Source: Bilabrum cf. latius
Lineage: Eukaryota
Length of the DNA stretch: 64,000 bases
Direction of reading: 5' to 3'
Assembly: GCA_965178125.1 (NCBI GenBank)
Contig: OZ237753.1
Location: forward strand, 248,001 to 312,000
This document shows, one piece after another, positions 13,201 to 26,600 of the stretch (position 1 is its first letter; each line of letters begins with the position of its first letter). Below the pieces are notes generated by a model. It was not told the origin of the DNA. It made no database searches and was given only the letters and a program-made list of their open reading frames with translations. The translations under genes were made by a program, and so were the position numbers.

Positions 13201-16200
13201 TCAAGAGGCTCGGCCGACACCGGAAAGTCGTAGCCGAATGCCCCAAAACGAGATGCATCGAAAAAGTCCCGGAGTCGCCAAGCTACGATACGACTGACCG
13301 TGCAGCAGCTAGCGCATGCAATAGAATCCGCAGCGGGTCAACCAGTCCATGGTATAGACGACGCAGAGCCTATCGCGGACCTCAGCGATGGCCAGCACAC
13401 AGCAAGAGGCCCAGCACGGCCTAGATAGGAGGTCGTCCCACCTGTCTAGCAACAGGACGACGACCCTCAAGAAGGCGATGCCAAGGCCATTTCAAGCAAG
13501 TTCCCTATGGTTCGTGGTTCCACCTTGAAGCGAATCGCTACATTTTTGACCATGGATTCTCATGCTGACCGCCATTCCACGGTAGAGGTTCCTGCAATTC
13601 CCATCGCAGAGCTTGTGGGAGCCTGCGGGATCGTAGAGGTGCGCAGCGAGGACGGACTCGTGCCATGCCTAGCTCGCGTGCAGGAAGCGAAATGGCACAA
13701 GACCCGCTTCATCGTTGTGGGTTTAACACAACTACCACGTGATGATGCACTGGTGACTGAGCAAGCTCCTGTGCCTGTTGGTGGTCACAGGCGTGGGCTG
13801 CTTAGCGCCCGATCGGCTTCCACGAGCTCATCCAGCGGCAGCGAGCACTCCAGCTCGAGCTTCGATTCGATTCGTGCTGCGCTGGAAGAAGACGCGCACG
13901 ATCACCGCGAGAGAGAGCAGCGGCGTGTGCCTTTTGCTTCAAGCAGTGGCGTGCTGACTGTTGCCGGTCGAGACTCTAGCCATCGGTAGCTGCGCGCCAA
14001 TGCCAAATCGGCGGGCTCGTGCTCCTCTGCTACGGACGAGGTCTAGCCGATGCAATCGGAATCTTCGACGCACCCAGTACTCGTAGAGGCACGATCAAAG
14101 GTGTCTGATCAAAAGATGACCGAAGATAAGACTGCGTTGGCAAAGAAACGGCGATCGAGTCGCATCCACCCCATCCCAGGTCAGCTCGGTATGGCCGACG
14201 CGGAGTCAGTGCAGGGTTCCGCCACGACTGGAAAGCTGTCAGAGTCCAACCCATAGCAGCTGTTGCCATCAGCAGATCATCATGATTTCAGCTTGCCCGG
14301 AATCAGCTCTTTCAACCCACAGGCTAGTGGTGGGCTCAGTGGTGCCCGAACGGGCAGAGTGTCAGTCAACACCTCCAAACCGGATGCTGCATCAAGGTCC
14401 CTGTCCAAAGGAGTTACCTTTGAGATGCAAAAGGAAGGTCCGCGCAGCGTGGCGGGTAGCATGGCCGGAAGCATGGCTTCTGCTATGTCAGTGCACTCGA
14501 TGGCGAGAATCCTGGGCGAATCGATCAGGGAGCAGGAAGGCACCGAGCCTGAGGTACGGACCGTGCGCCTGGTAATGGTCCTGCTCGCGGTCAGCGTGGC
14601 CATGATGGCGGCAGCCGCGAGTGTAGTGGTTGAGCTGGGATCCACAGAGCTGCGCCAGCTCAGCGCGCTGACTTTAGCTGCAGGAGAGCGCAGCGTGCTC
14701 TTCGAAGCATGTACCGCCTGGGTGGAGAGCATCGTCATCGTGAACGCGCACGATCAGCTCAACATGACGCTACCCGAGGCAGAGCACATGTTTGGGACTG
14801 TGTCAGAGATGCAAGATTTTCTGCAGCGCGATGCCGAGCGGTTTTAGAACCTGCACGAGCAGCTGTACTCTGACCTGACGGCCGGTGCGAAGGAGCCTCA
14901 CAAGTGGGCGGCGAGCGTGCCGCATCCGTATTTCGAGCTGCGCATGAGCAGCGTAAATGCTAGGGACATGGCAGTTTTTGGTGAGTCTGTTGTTGACATC
15001 TTTGAGCTTCGGCTTGACCGCGGAGAAATTCCCCGGCCGAATCCTGAGGATCTGCCGCCACTTCCAGAAGGGATACCGATGGGCGATGCCAGCGGCTACG
15101 CCTCTGCATTTAGGGAAGCCCAAGCTGTGGCCGCAGCAAGCAACGCAATCGAACTTCTGGACATGCCCCTGACTGAAATGGCGGAGTAGATGGCGGCCTA
15201 GTTTCGACGCATCGCCAGGGCGCCCTCGCAGTCGCTGAGGCGAACGGATCAAGAGGTGGAGAGTCTTCTGAACAACGAAGACTCTGTGGCGGATGCCCTG
15301 CATGGATCTACGCTGCTCTACAAGAAAGCGTTCCTGGATCGATTCGAAGTTCTGCAAGAGCGCATCCTGTACGCCGGCATCGCGTACGTTTCTCTTGCTG
15401 TTGTGGTCACGAGCCTGGTGTTGACTCGGGCGGTAGTGTCCATCGGAAACAGGACGCGGCAGCTGCTGACAGTCGTCACATTCGTGCCGCGCAAGGTAGC
15501 TGCACTGGTCCGAACGAGGGCCCAGCGTGATCTCGACTTGCTGCTTGCCCAGTCGCAAGAAGACGATGATGAGGTTGAGGCTGGATCGTTCGTGTTGCAG
15601 AGCGACTACAACAAGGAAAGCAATGGAGACAATGCCGTGGCCAACACATCGCAAGTATCTGATGGCGACGATTCAGATGAACACTTGCTTCGCGACAAAG
15701 CAAGCGGCAAGCATGACGCTGCGTGGGACCACGTCCGTGCTACCATCAGCGAGGGTCCCACAAGCATCGCAAGCAGGATAGCACGCGAGGGGCGGCGCGT
15801 GCTCAATCTCGTGGCGCACAACCGACGTACGTGGAAGCGGGAGCGCATGGATACAACCCGCTTCGAGTGCAGCAGCATCGCCATGCTGCTAAGCCCAATC
15901 CTAGTCGTAGCGTTTTGGATGGTTTTTCTGGTGGTGTACCAGCTGTCTGTTAACGAGCATGCGAGGGAGGGCACTGTGCGTGTGTCTATAGAGGAGGATG
16001 CGCAGCGCACGCTGGTTGACTATACGATTGACGTGGCGCACCTGAGTGCCCTCAGTGGGGACAGGGAGGCGACTGCTGAGGAGACTCTCGAATCGGAGGC
16101 GCACCTTCTGGGTCTGCTGAACCTAGCTGTGTTCGGCGGTGAGAACGATGCTGTCGAGGGCGAGAGTGTGGATCGCCTCAAACCTGGCACTATCGAGCAG

Positions 16201-16899
16201 TTGATCATGCTTAAGGACGCGTGTCTCCCGCTCCGAGGTCCAGCGGGTGAACTCAGGGGCGTGGTTGGATCCAGCAACGCAACCGATGACGAGATTGCCC
16301 AAGTCCTTCAACGCTGCGAATCCGTCAGTGACGGAATCCTGGACGAGGGGGCGTATGGCGCGATCGTGTCGCTGGTTGCAAAGGGTAGAAAACTCGAATT
16401 CGACCGCGAGATACCAGATCCTGGGCATCCCCTTTTCCAGCCGGACCGCCGCAAGCTCCACCGGGATATGCTGCAGCTAGAGCGGCCGTTCCTGAGGATG
16501 GCCCTGTCGGGCATGGGCAAGGCCGTGGAAGAGGCGGTGGCTTCCAGCATTGATACGGGTCGACTAGTGCAGATCATCTTCAGCGCGATCTTTGCTTGTG
16601 GGTTCGGCACCTTTGTAGTCTGCGCGCAGGGCGCGATTCAGGCCCAGTTAGTTGGGCCGCTGCAGTCCGCCAGAGCCCTGCTAGCTGCGCTGCCGGCAGA
16701 GGTGATCAGTAGCGTCCCGCCGCTGCGAGCAGTAGTGAAGACGGTGGTGACAGAGGTATAGCTGAGCAGCAAAGGGCGCGACGCATCGGCCTTTTCTGGC
16801 CAGATCAGTGATATCGTGCGAAGGGCAGAACAGGGAGCCGGGAATCAGAGCTCAAGTGCTCCTAAAAGCACGTACTAGATCGAAGGTGAAAAAGTATGA
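10292..16899 (+). CDS. TmcB/TmcC-like multi-pass membrane protein with a PAS-like domain, ~2,116 aa, 2 introns, about 14 in-frame TAG
   Basis: ATG 10292; exons 10292-10488, 10653-10854, 10948-16899 (spliced length divisible by 3). N-terminal hydrophobic helices with QPY...N motif, QLW...PDL helical segment, PAS-like GTITSVSPSLCSMLG...VIGQ...LFPPP, and two C-terminal TM-ectodomain-TM modules ending FVPRKV and ALPAEVI. Ends TGA TGA. Confidence 0.7.
10489..10652 (+). other. spliceosomal intron (164 nt), gene 2
   Basis: GTAAGC...TCTCGCAG; removal restores the frame (FEP|LFEWL). Confidence 0.75.
10855..10947 (+). other. spliceosomal intron (93 nt), gene 2
   Basis: GTAAGT...GCCGCAG; contains an in-frame TAA; joins LNST|VLFLP. 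Confidence 0.8.
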
Positions 16900-17650
16900 T
16901 GAAGCTGACACGTGGGATGGCACTTTATTCGAACAGCGGGCTATCGAGAGTCGAGGGAGGGCCCAGAGTTGGTTGCGACCGCATTTTGCGACCAGTTCAA
17001 GGCGGTTACAACCGATCCAGTCTCGCAGAACCGCACGAACACCGTTGCGATTCTATTGTAAATCCTCCGGGACGTTGAAATTATCCAGGGTCTCTTAGTG
17101 AGATACTGTATTGCACATGCGATTTCCGGTTGATTGGGGTCTAAATTGTCGGCTACTCGATATAAAACCATGCAAACAGGTGTATCGCCGCACACGGAAG
17201 GTCTGTGCCAGCAGCTGCTATCGAAGCTAATTTCTGATATTTAATGACGCAGTTTTAAGTCTTTACATATCTATTCTCTGGAATAGCGGCTGGCCTTCTA
17301 AATCTGTCGTAGCTTGAGGCAGTCTAGTGCAGGTGTGAGATGTTGCAATTGTTCGCGAGGCAGGTTGCGCCAACCTTTGGCACACCACTGTCTCTTCGGT
17401 CGATAGTGGTCCCAATTAAAGTATAAATCGATTAACGTATCATGTAGCAAGCAATTTGGGGATTGAAAGCCAGCCTAAGACGTCGAGCTGCGATAGAAGA
17501 TTCGCTGAAACATTCCTTCTGTGCCACTTCACCAGGCCTATGCATATCCCCTGGTCGCCTGTCTCAACACCCAATTTGTGTCATTGCTATGCATGTGAGA
17601 TTCTACGCAGTCTCCCTGCCTTTCGCAGCCGAAACCCGCGATTGCTTGAA

Positions 17651-20600
17651 ATGTGGCACCACGTCACGGCAGCCGTTTGCTTGGTTGCAATCCTCTCAGC
17701 CCATCGAGCCAGTGCTGCAATCGGAATCGACGGATCGCTTCCCGCCGATGGGGCTAGTTCGATTGCTTTATCGCTGTCAACGGTCGAGATCCACTTTGAT
17801 ACTGCAATAAAGGCTCGGCCAGGACACTCTGTTTTCATCGCCCGCCGATCGGACGGCGTGGCTGTAGCCGAGTTTGACGCTGGCATTGCAACCATCGACG
17901 ACCGAGCTGGTACGCCTGATAGCGTCCTCCAGTTCAATCTGCGGGTCGGTGAGGAGCTAATCGCCCCTCTCGACCCCGAGACCGAGTACGCCATCACGGC
18001 CGAGGCAGGTGTGGCAGAGGACGCCACCGACTCGACCTCGCTGTCCCCTGCCATCGTGCTGGGTGGCAGCTCGTCTCCAACATTTACTACAACTAAGCTT
18101 CCCGGCTGTGCCAACTGGCTCTCGGCTGTGGATGCCATCTCATCCGGAACTTACGAGCCCTGGATGTCCAACACCGCCCATTGCGACTTTGTGTCGCCCA
18201 CGGGAGCCATGACTCTGGTGGGGTACGCCACTGCGTCCACCACGCAGTCCTCGGCTCTGCTTCCCGGTAACCTCAACGTGGAAGACCAGGCATCCGGCAC
18301 CTCTGTGTTCAACGCGAGCATGAGGAGCGGCGGTGCCACGCTGGAGGCCGATGAGGGGCTGGCGCGCGGTGCCATCGGGCTCATGGTGTCGGGGCGAAGC
18401 GGCAAGTCCTCGGCCGGGCTGAGGGGGTCAAGCACATACGATCACGCTTACCTGATCCAGTACCCCTCCCGGGCGGTGGGCGCAGATGGTCCATCACTGG
18501 TGCGCGGGTCCAGTGCCTCCACCAGCCAGGCCTGCACCAACTTCGACTGGGCCACCGTGTCGTGCATGTCCACGGGGGCAGACTCGGACGCCTGCGTGAA
18601 CAACGTCCTGCCGCCTCGCATGCAGGTGGAGGGCAGCACCATGACGGTGCAGGGGGGTGACGGGTACGGAGCAGTAGCTCGTGTATCGTCCACCACCGCA
18701 CTCTGCGACTGGACGCCTGATTCCAACGGAGTGGCCGCCATCTACGCAGGAGCCGACTCGGGCGCTGTGAGCGCCCTCTACCGGGTGCCGGGTGGCACCA
18801 CTTACGGCCGGGCATTCGGCTCTGTGGCCGTGTGGACAGCAGGGGAGGCCCCCATGCAGTCTTGCCGCGCGCACCTCGATGCAGCCACGGGAGATCAGAT
18901 GATTGCATGGTACCTGCTTCCCGGCGGAGGCGCGCCCCGGCCCAACGGCGACGTGCGTGACTACTCCGGTCGTGGCTTCGACTTGCCCGCCACCAGCGAG
19001 TACAAGTTCAGCGCCTCCGATGGCGGGTTTCTATTCAAGTCCGCTACCACCACTGAAGAGGCCGGCGCGGCGCAGGCAGGCAGCAGTGACACCCCAGTCC
19101 CTGTAGAAGGCGACCAGGCCTTTTCGTTCTGCGCGTGGTTTCGGTACGACGGACACCAGGGCGGCACCCAGTGGCCCTCGTCCCTGTCCTATGCGCCCAT
19201 CCTGGGGCTGCGCGCCTACAGCGGCATTCAGACGAACCAAGGCCTTGTCTTCGGCGCGTTCAAGGGCGGCCGGCTCGGCGTGGATTTCCGCGGGACCCGC
19301 GTGCTGTCCAAGGACGCCGGCACCGTGGGGGAGTGGACCCACGTGTGCGTGACCAGGACTCCCTCAAGCAAGAAGCTCGAGAGCACCACCATCTACATCA
19401 ACGGAGCCAAGGCAGTGGCTCAGCTCGACACGGACGCCGCCATCCGCGGGCAGCCGTCTGCCAACGCGCCCCCCTCCATCAAGGCAGCTCCCCTGCAGCT
19501 GGGTATCCACCAGGACCCGGCTAGCGGCAACGAGCACGTGTGGAACGGCAGGCTGTACGACGTACGGTTCTACTCACGGACCCTATCCATGCGTGACGTG
19601 GTTGCAGTGCACGGTGCTGCAGGCGGGGGCCCCTCACTGATCGGCCTTGAGGTCAGCGCGCTGTCAAAGGCAGCCGCTGATTGGGACTTTGACGGGGGCT
19701 CTTCCCTGGACGAGGAGGGTGCCAGCACTGCGTCTGCTGCTGCCACCCGCAGGAGTGCCGCTCTGGTGAGTTCGATGAACCGCGTGGGAGGCAGTACTGC
19801 CTCGGCCACTGGCTTCTAGTGCTCGCTGCAGGGAACTGCTCGAGTCAGCGGCGGATCTCTTGTGCTGGACGGGGCTGGGCATGCGGACTGCGGTGCCCTC
19901 ACTGACGACTTGATTTCGTTCACCATCGAAGCCTGGGTCTCGGCTGCCGATGACCACTCATCCAACGGTGGAGGTGCCGTAATCTCGCTGGCCGAAACCA
20001 AAGACTCCACAGGTGCATTCGACGCCATCACTTTTGGAGAGCTCTACCGCGGGGAGTGGCTGGACTCGTCGGAGAGCCGCAGCCGCACAAGTTCGTCCTA
20101 GCGCACACCCCAGGAAGAGGACTCGTTCGGTGGCAGCCGCCGCATTCACCTTGTGCTCACGGTGGATGGATCCACAAGGACTCGCACGCTCTACAAGGAC
20201 GGATACGTCCTGCGCAGCCGCACCACTTCCTCCGTGCATACCCACAGCAGGTCCACGCACCGTGTCCTGATCGGGTGCAGGAACCCCTCCTGCACGGACA
20301 GCGGCCGCAGGTTCCGCGGTGCCGTGCATCAGGCTCGCGTGTACTCCGGATCCATGTCTGCCTCTGAGGTGATCGCACTGCACCGTCTCGGAGCTGCTGC
20401 CAACGCCCCTGGATTCGCCGTGGGTGGCGAGCTTGGCCTGCTGAGTGGGCCCCGGCTGCTCTCCCTGGCAGGAGACCGGTCCATGGACGCAAAGGGCGGG
20501 TGGCGCGCTGAGTGTGACATGGACACTGATGATGGCGGCTGGACCCGGTTCTGGTGGTACCACGGACACACGCGGTCTTCGTTCCCATCCGGCGAGAACG

Positions 20601-23600
20601 ACGTGCTAGCTGATGAATTCGGCGATTGTGACCCTGACTCTGACTACTGCTTCGCCAAGATGCCCTCCTTCCTAAAGGAGGAGTCCACGCAGCTCATGGC
20701 TCGTGACAGCAAGGGCACCACGTACATCTGGACCTTTGACCCGAACAATGACGTGGCCCATCGCGCCTGGCTTGCGTTCAGCAAGGGCGAGGAGACTCTC
20801 TACGACGTGCTCGAGGACAACTCTGGCCTGGCCTCCGGGCACGCAGACAAGCACGTGTGGCAGCCAGTTGTGGTTGCTCAAGGCGGTTTCCACGGCCGAG
20901 ACTAGTCACTGTTCATGTACAGGCAATAGAACGGCATCAAGTCGATCATGCTGGATGACGACGGGTGCTCCTGCTACTCCACGCTTGAGATGGGTCACCC
21001 TATGTGCGGCAACTCATGGGACTCTCAGTTCGCTTCTGGTGATACAGGTGCTGATGCCATCAACGATGATGGATGCAACGGACCCCAGGAAGGTGTTGGT
21101 CTCGAGCTGTTCTTCCGCGAGACGCGCACCGGGGCCACCATGCCCACGGTCCGAACCGAGTCTGCTAGCATCGTCACTTCTGCAGCTGCCCCTGCAGTTC
21201 GCGTTAAGGTTGTGCGGACTGCTGCTGGTGGCGCGATCACGAAGCGCTCACGGTCTACTGGCAGTGGATCGGCTGCTCCTGAGATCGTGGTCGGGTTTCA
21301 CACAGTGGCAGGCAGTGCCGAAGCTGGCACCCATTTTCTGGCAGCCAGCGGCGAGATCTCGTGGGCGCACGGCGACACGAGCCCCAAGTACATCACGGTC
21401 CCGCTGCAGTCCTCCGGGGCCCAGGCTATCACGGATGACAAGCACTTCACCGTCACGCTGCAGGCACCACGCGGGGCCCGCTTCCCCGCGCCCCATCCGC
21501 GTGCTTCCATGCGCGTTGACAGCGACGCCTTCCGCTCGGTGCGTCAGACTCGTGTCACCCTGCAGCCCATCGTGGGGGCTGGGGGAACTGCGGGCCCGCT
21601 TCGTCTCCAGAGCGTGGGTGAGGGCCAGCTGCATCAGGATGAGCTGAGGCCACAGGTGGACTTCACTCTGCCCGCTGCCATGCAGGCTGGCAACATAGCC
21701 CGTGGGCAGCCGGTGTTCACGTCAGGCTTCCGCCCCAGCAACCGTACCAGGTCGCAGAGCGAGCAGTCTCTCGTGGATGGCAGGTACGGAGACCTCGATG
21801 CATTCGTGCCCGCTGCTGACATGTTCAAGTCTCGCGCCCAGTCCAGGGACTACTACTATGCCGCTGTGGTGCTGCCTGATGGCGGCAAGCGGGTCCGTAT
21901 GGTGGCCTTCGGGCGCGACAACACCGGCGTGTTCGCTGACCGGCTGACGGGCAACATCACGCTGGAGTACACCCGCGTGATGAACCCTTCTGCGACTACC
22001 ATGGACACCTCGTGGGTCGAGATCGACACGATCCAGCCAACCTCGCCCCTGAGGCACCTGTACGCCCTCAACACCCCGACCTTCGCCACAGCCCTGAGGC
22101 TCAAGCTTGCCAACAGTACCAAGGGAACGCTGGTGATCGATGAGTTTGAGGTGTATGCTGACACCGGGTCCGCAGACACGACTTCTGACCTAGAGGCCTC
22201 TTACGACTTTACGGCGGACCAGATCGCCACCAACCTGGGTCAGGTGACGGTGGCTGATCTCTCCGGAAACGACCGCACCGCTGAAGTGGAAGGTACGGTG
22301 CAGTTCCCTGCAACCGCCTTCCAGATCCCCTACGCTAGCCTTCGTGGATCAGGTGGATACCTGCGCATCCCTGGCCTGCGTGGAGCTAATTTCTCGAGGA
22401 CCGGCCTGACCGTCAGCATGCTGGCTCGCAGGGCGCCCACGGATGCCGCGCGGTAGAGCAGCACGGCCTCGTTGTTCAGCACTGGATACGCTTAGGATAG
22501 CCAGGCATTCGATTTAAGGTACCTGCAGAGCCCAGCTGCGCTCAGTGGAACTCCTGTCATCCCTCTCACCCGTGAGGTGGCACAGACTGGATTCTCGGCT
22601 CTACCTGCCTCTCAGGCCATGCTGCTACCAGATGACTCCACGGATACTGAAGACTACGCTTCCCCCGGGGTGTCAGTGGTCGGACAGGTCGAGGATGCAC
22701 CCGCTTGGGTGATGTTGACTGCCGTGTACGACCGTGGCACCAATCGTACCTAGCTGTATGTTAACGGACAGCAGGCTGCCGATGTTGCTGTGAATGGCCT
22801 GCCCCAGGTCAGCATCGGGAGCGATGTCACCATTGGCGCGGCTTTGGCTGGTCCTGGAACCGCAGCTGGCGGTGGTCGGGCCGCAGTCCCCGGTGGTTTC
22901 CAAGGCGATGTTGGCCGTGTTCGCGTGTTCAGCCGAGCCCTGACCCCAGATGAGGCGGAGCTCTTGTACGACGAAGTCTCGGATGAAATGGCCACGGATG
23001 CGTATGCCCTGTGGTGGCGCACCCAGGAGCAGAGCGGCAGCTTGCTGCTGGATGCTTCCGGGCACAGCAACTCTGGCAGCGTTGGAGGTGGCGTGTGGAA
23101 GGATGGAGCTCTGCACTTTAGTGGATCATCGGGCAGCACTGGCGACGGCGTGAGGTCCCTGAGCGACTCTGGACTCGTGGGCGATGCCTCCTTCACGATG
23201 TCTGCTTGGGTGTTCTACGACGGCGACTTCATCCCGTCTGGTGTGAGTCACATCATGGGTACAGACCTGTCTGGCGGTGCCTCGGCAACTGCCAGTGACT
23301 ACGCCACGCAGGGTACTGGCGTGGCTCTGTCCTTGCGCAGCGGCGTTTTGTCGCTCGAGTATGGACAGGATGTGCGCGTGCAGGGTACCAGCGCACTGGC
23401 GCCTAGGCGGTGGTACCACGTGGCTGTGGTTCGCCGATCGCAATCGAAGAAGGACGTAGGAACTCATCTCTTCATCAACGGCGAGGAAATCAGCACGCAG
23501 CTTCGGAAGCCTACCACAACCTCCGCTGAAGATGCCCAGAATGCTCCTGCCATCGCGGCCGCCCCAATCAGCGTGGGGCGTCTGGGTTCCGGCCGTAGGT

Positions 23601-26600
23601 GGGCTGGTTTCATAGTGGATGTACGCGTGGTCGCAGAGGCTCTGCGCGGCAGTCGACTGGTTCGGCTGTACAACAACGGCTTATTCGTCCGCTGGCCGCT
23701 GCGGGAAGGCAGCGGTACTCAGATCGGCAGTGCTGACGCGATGGACGAGATGGATGCTTCTACTGACATCGAAGTATCCCAGGAGGTTGGGCGCGGCGGT
23801 CAGCTGATCGGAACCACCAGCAGCAGCATGGCCTGGAACAGGGGACTGCTGCAACTAGGCAACTAGCCCGGCGATGCGGCCAGGTCACAGGCAGCAGTTC
23901 CTCTACTTGGGGATGCTGGCTTCACCATGATGGCGTGGGTGTATGCGAGCACGCCAGCCTCCAGCGGCGGCTGGGCGGGTGGGTCCGTACCAGGCGTAGG
24001 CTCTGTAGCCTCGGATGCCATTGAAAACACAATTGTGGAGGTAGTCGGTGTGAACTCTACCGGAAGCAGCGGTGGGCTGGCTGGTAGCGGTGAAGGCGCT
24101 GTCCTTGGCGTGGATGGGGCTGGCAGAATTGCGATCGATCTCGGTGGGTCTCTGCGCGTCCGATCCGCACCTTCTGTCGTGCCTCTTCAGCGGTACGTCC
24201 ATATCGCGGTAGTTAAGGCGCCAGGAATCGTGAGCACGTCATCCGTGAAGCTTTTCGTCGACGGCAGCCAAGTGGCCACCACCGACGTACGAGTCGTTTC
24301 AATTGTGCAACAGAGCTCCGTCTCAACAACCGCTCTGGTGTCGGAGACTTTCACCGGATCAATTAGGCCTAGCTTTCGCTCCGGCACGTTCGTTGTGGGT
24401 GCCGTGTCAGGTCCCTCTGCTCAAGGCCGTGCACAGCTGGTTGGCTTCGTGGACGACGCCCGCATGTACCTTCGTGAGGTCAGCAACAGTGACATTACCA
24501 GGATCTATGACGATTCGCGCAGATCGCACGTCCTGGATTACTCCTTAAAGTTTGACGGGCGCGGTGAGCACGCGCAATGGCAGTCGCCGTTCTTCTTCGG
24601 ACCCAGCACAGGAAGCAGCTCCAATGTTGGCATGACGATCGAGGCGTGGGTGTTCCCGTACAACAGTGCCAGGGAGGGCCAGGTGATCTTCGAGACTAAC
24701 GATGGTCCTGGGTCCAACGACATGCAGCTGAGAATCGGTGCATCAGCTCCGTACAGCTTCGAGTTCCACGTTCAGAGCAGCTCAACCGCGACCAGGGAAG
24801 TGGTGCGCTCCTCGACCTCTGCGGCTGCCATGAGGTGGACTCATGTTGCGGTTACGCTATCTACCGATGGTTCCGGTTCGACTGCCACCACGACAATGCA
24901 GCTGTTCCTGGACGGCACCTTGTCTGGCTCGCAAGTGCTGACAGGTGAGGCCCCCACGGCGCGGCAGCGGGCCAACATGCTGGTCGGCCGTGGAATGAGC
25001 GAGCCTGACGACGAGACGTGGTATGGGTTCATCGATGAGCTCAAGCTGTGGAGCGTGAAGCGGACTCCGGAGCAGATCCAATCTTCCATGAACGGCAGAG
25101 AGCTGCAATCTGCATCGGCAACAGCTTCCCAGGCTATGGGTCTCGAGGCTTTCTTGCCCATCGACATTTCCTCCGCTAGTCCCCACCACGATGATGTGCT
25201 TGCCGACTTGACAACGCTGCAAGATGCTTCAGTCCGTGGCCGCTCCTTCGTTCTGTCTCGCGATTGCGAGATCGACGGGTGCGTCGTGCTCAACCCCAGG
25301 TAGCTGATCAAAACAACGTGCGGCAACGGATTCAGGGACTCCGATGAGCAGTGTGACGATGGCAATCAGATCGCAGGTGACGGTTGCTCGGCAGGGTGCT
25401 CGATCGAGACCGGCTTCGTCTGCCGCCGCGTGGCCCAGACAGGCGCTGATCAGTGCTTTGAGGGCAAGTTACTGTTTGAAGAGAGCTTCGAGGGCACAGA
25501 TGCGATCAATGCCTGGAGCAGGGTCTCCAGCCAGCTGCAGGGGGCGGCCGTCAGCACGTCCTACGCCTCAATGGGCGCCAGCTCATTGCAGCTCCGTGCT
25601 GCCGAATCTGCCACTGGAACCGCCACGGTAGTGACTTCTGCAGCCAGGCGCGTGTCTGGTCTCTCTGGAATGGCGGCCTACCCGGACTTCCTGTCATTCC
25701 GGTACTACGTCCACAACTCGGGATCGGAGAATATCGTCTCTAGCGTGCCTGTCATGGTGCAGGTATTCGATGCCACGGGGCTGTCCAGCTCGCAGTCGCT
25801 GCCAACTCCCACGTCTTGCATCAACTCTGGCTGCTCCTCAGCTAAGTATGTGATGGTGTGCATCGACCCCCAGGGCTCCACCGGCTTTGGCGTGTAGCAC
25901 TGCGACATTGTGATCCGCTCTCGAGCTGACGGCGCCTTCCCGCCCGGGTTTGGCGCTAGCGGTACCGCCAGCTTCTTCTACGCTAACATTGACCTCACGC
26001 ACACTTTCCGAGCCAAGTACCAGAGCGACGCAGACTTTTCGCTGCCAACTCAGGTTGAGATCCGGATGATGGCACTGGCTGACAACGGCAACGCCGAGTC
26101 CTATGTGGACGAAATCCGCTTGCAGGAGCTGCGAGGCGCCGAGGCGTTGGCCAGGGTGTGTCCCCCCGCCAAGATCGTGACTATGCCCAAGTGGAGCGCA
26201 GAGATGGAGGATGGCTACTGGACCATGGAAAGGACTTATAACTACCAACTTGGCGCGGTGCAGCTTTCCGACCACCCCACCAATGCCATCACGTACAGCA
26301 TGTGGGTACGCAACCTGAGATATAGCGAAATGTCCACTTATTCCATGAAAACCCTCGTCCATTATCGAACTGACAGCTGGCTCAACACGTTTCGGCTAAC
26401 AACGGTAAGCAATAATGGTCTGATTTACCCAAGCTGTATCGCCGCCACTGTCTGTCCAGTTGTTCGCAAGCCTCGCGTCTACTTGCATGCTTGCTTTATT
26501 TGACTCGCAGAGTGGCTACAACTACTACGCCTTCATCCGAAATGGTGGCTTCAGCCCCCGCTCGATGAATCACATGAACAAAGGACAGCGGTGGGAGCAT

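Noticed and set aside
16900-17650. tRNA (e.g. a CUA suppressor) or ncRNA in the AT-richer intergenic gaps (also 43424-43884)
   Set aside because: No cloverleaf or convincing A/B-box arrangement recognised by eye.
17456-17650. Upstream extension of gene 3 from the TTG at 17456
   Set aside because: ATG 17651 directly precedes a signal peptide, and the upstream sequence looks non-coding.
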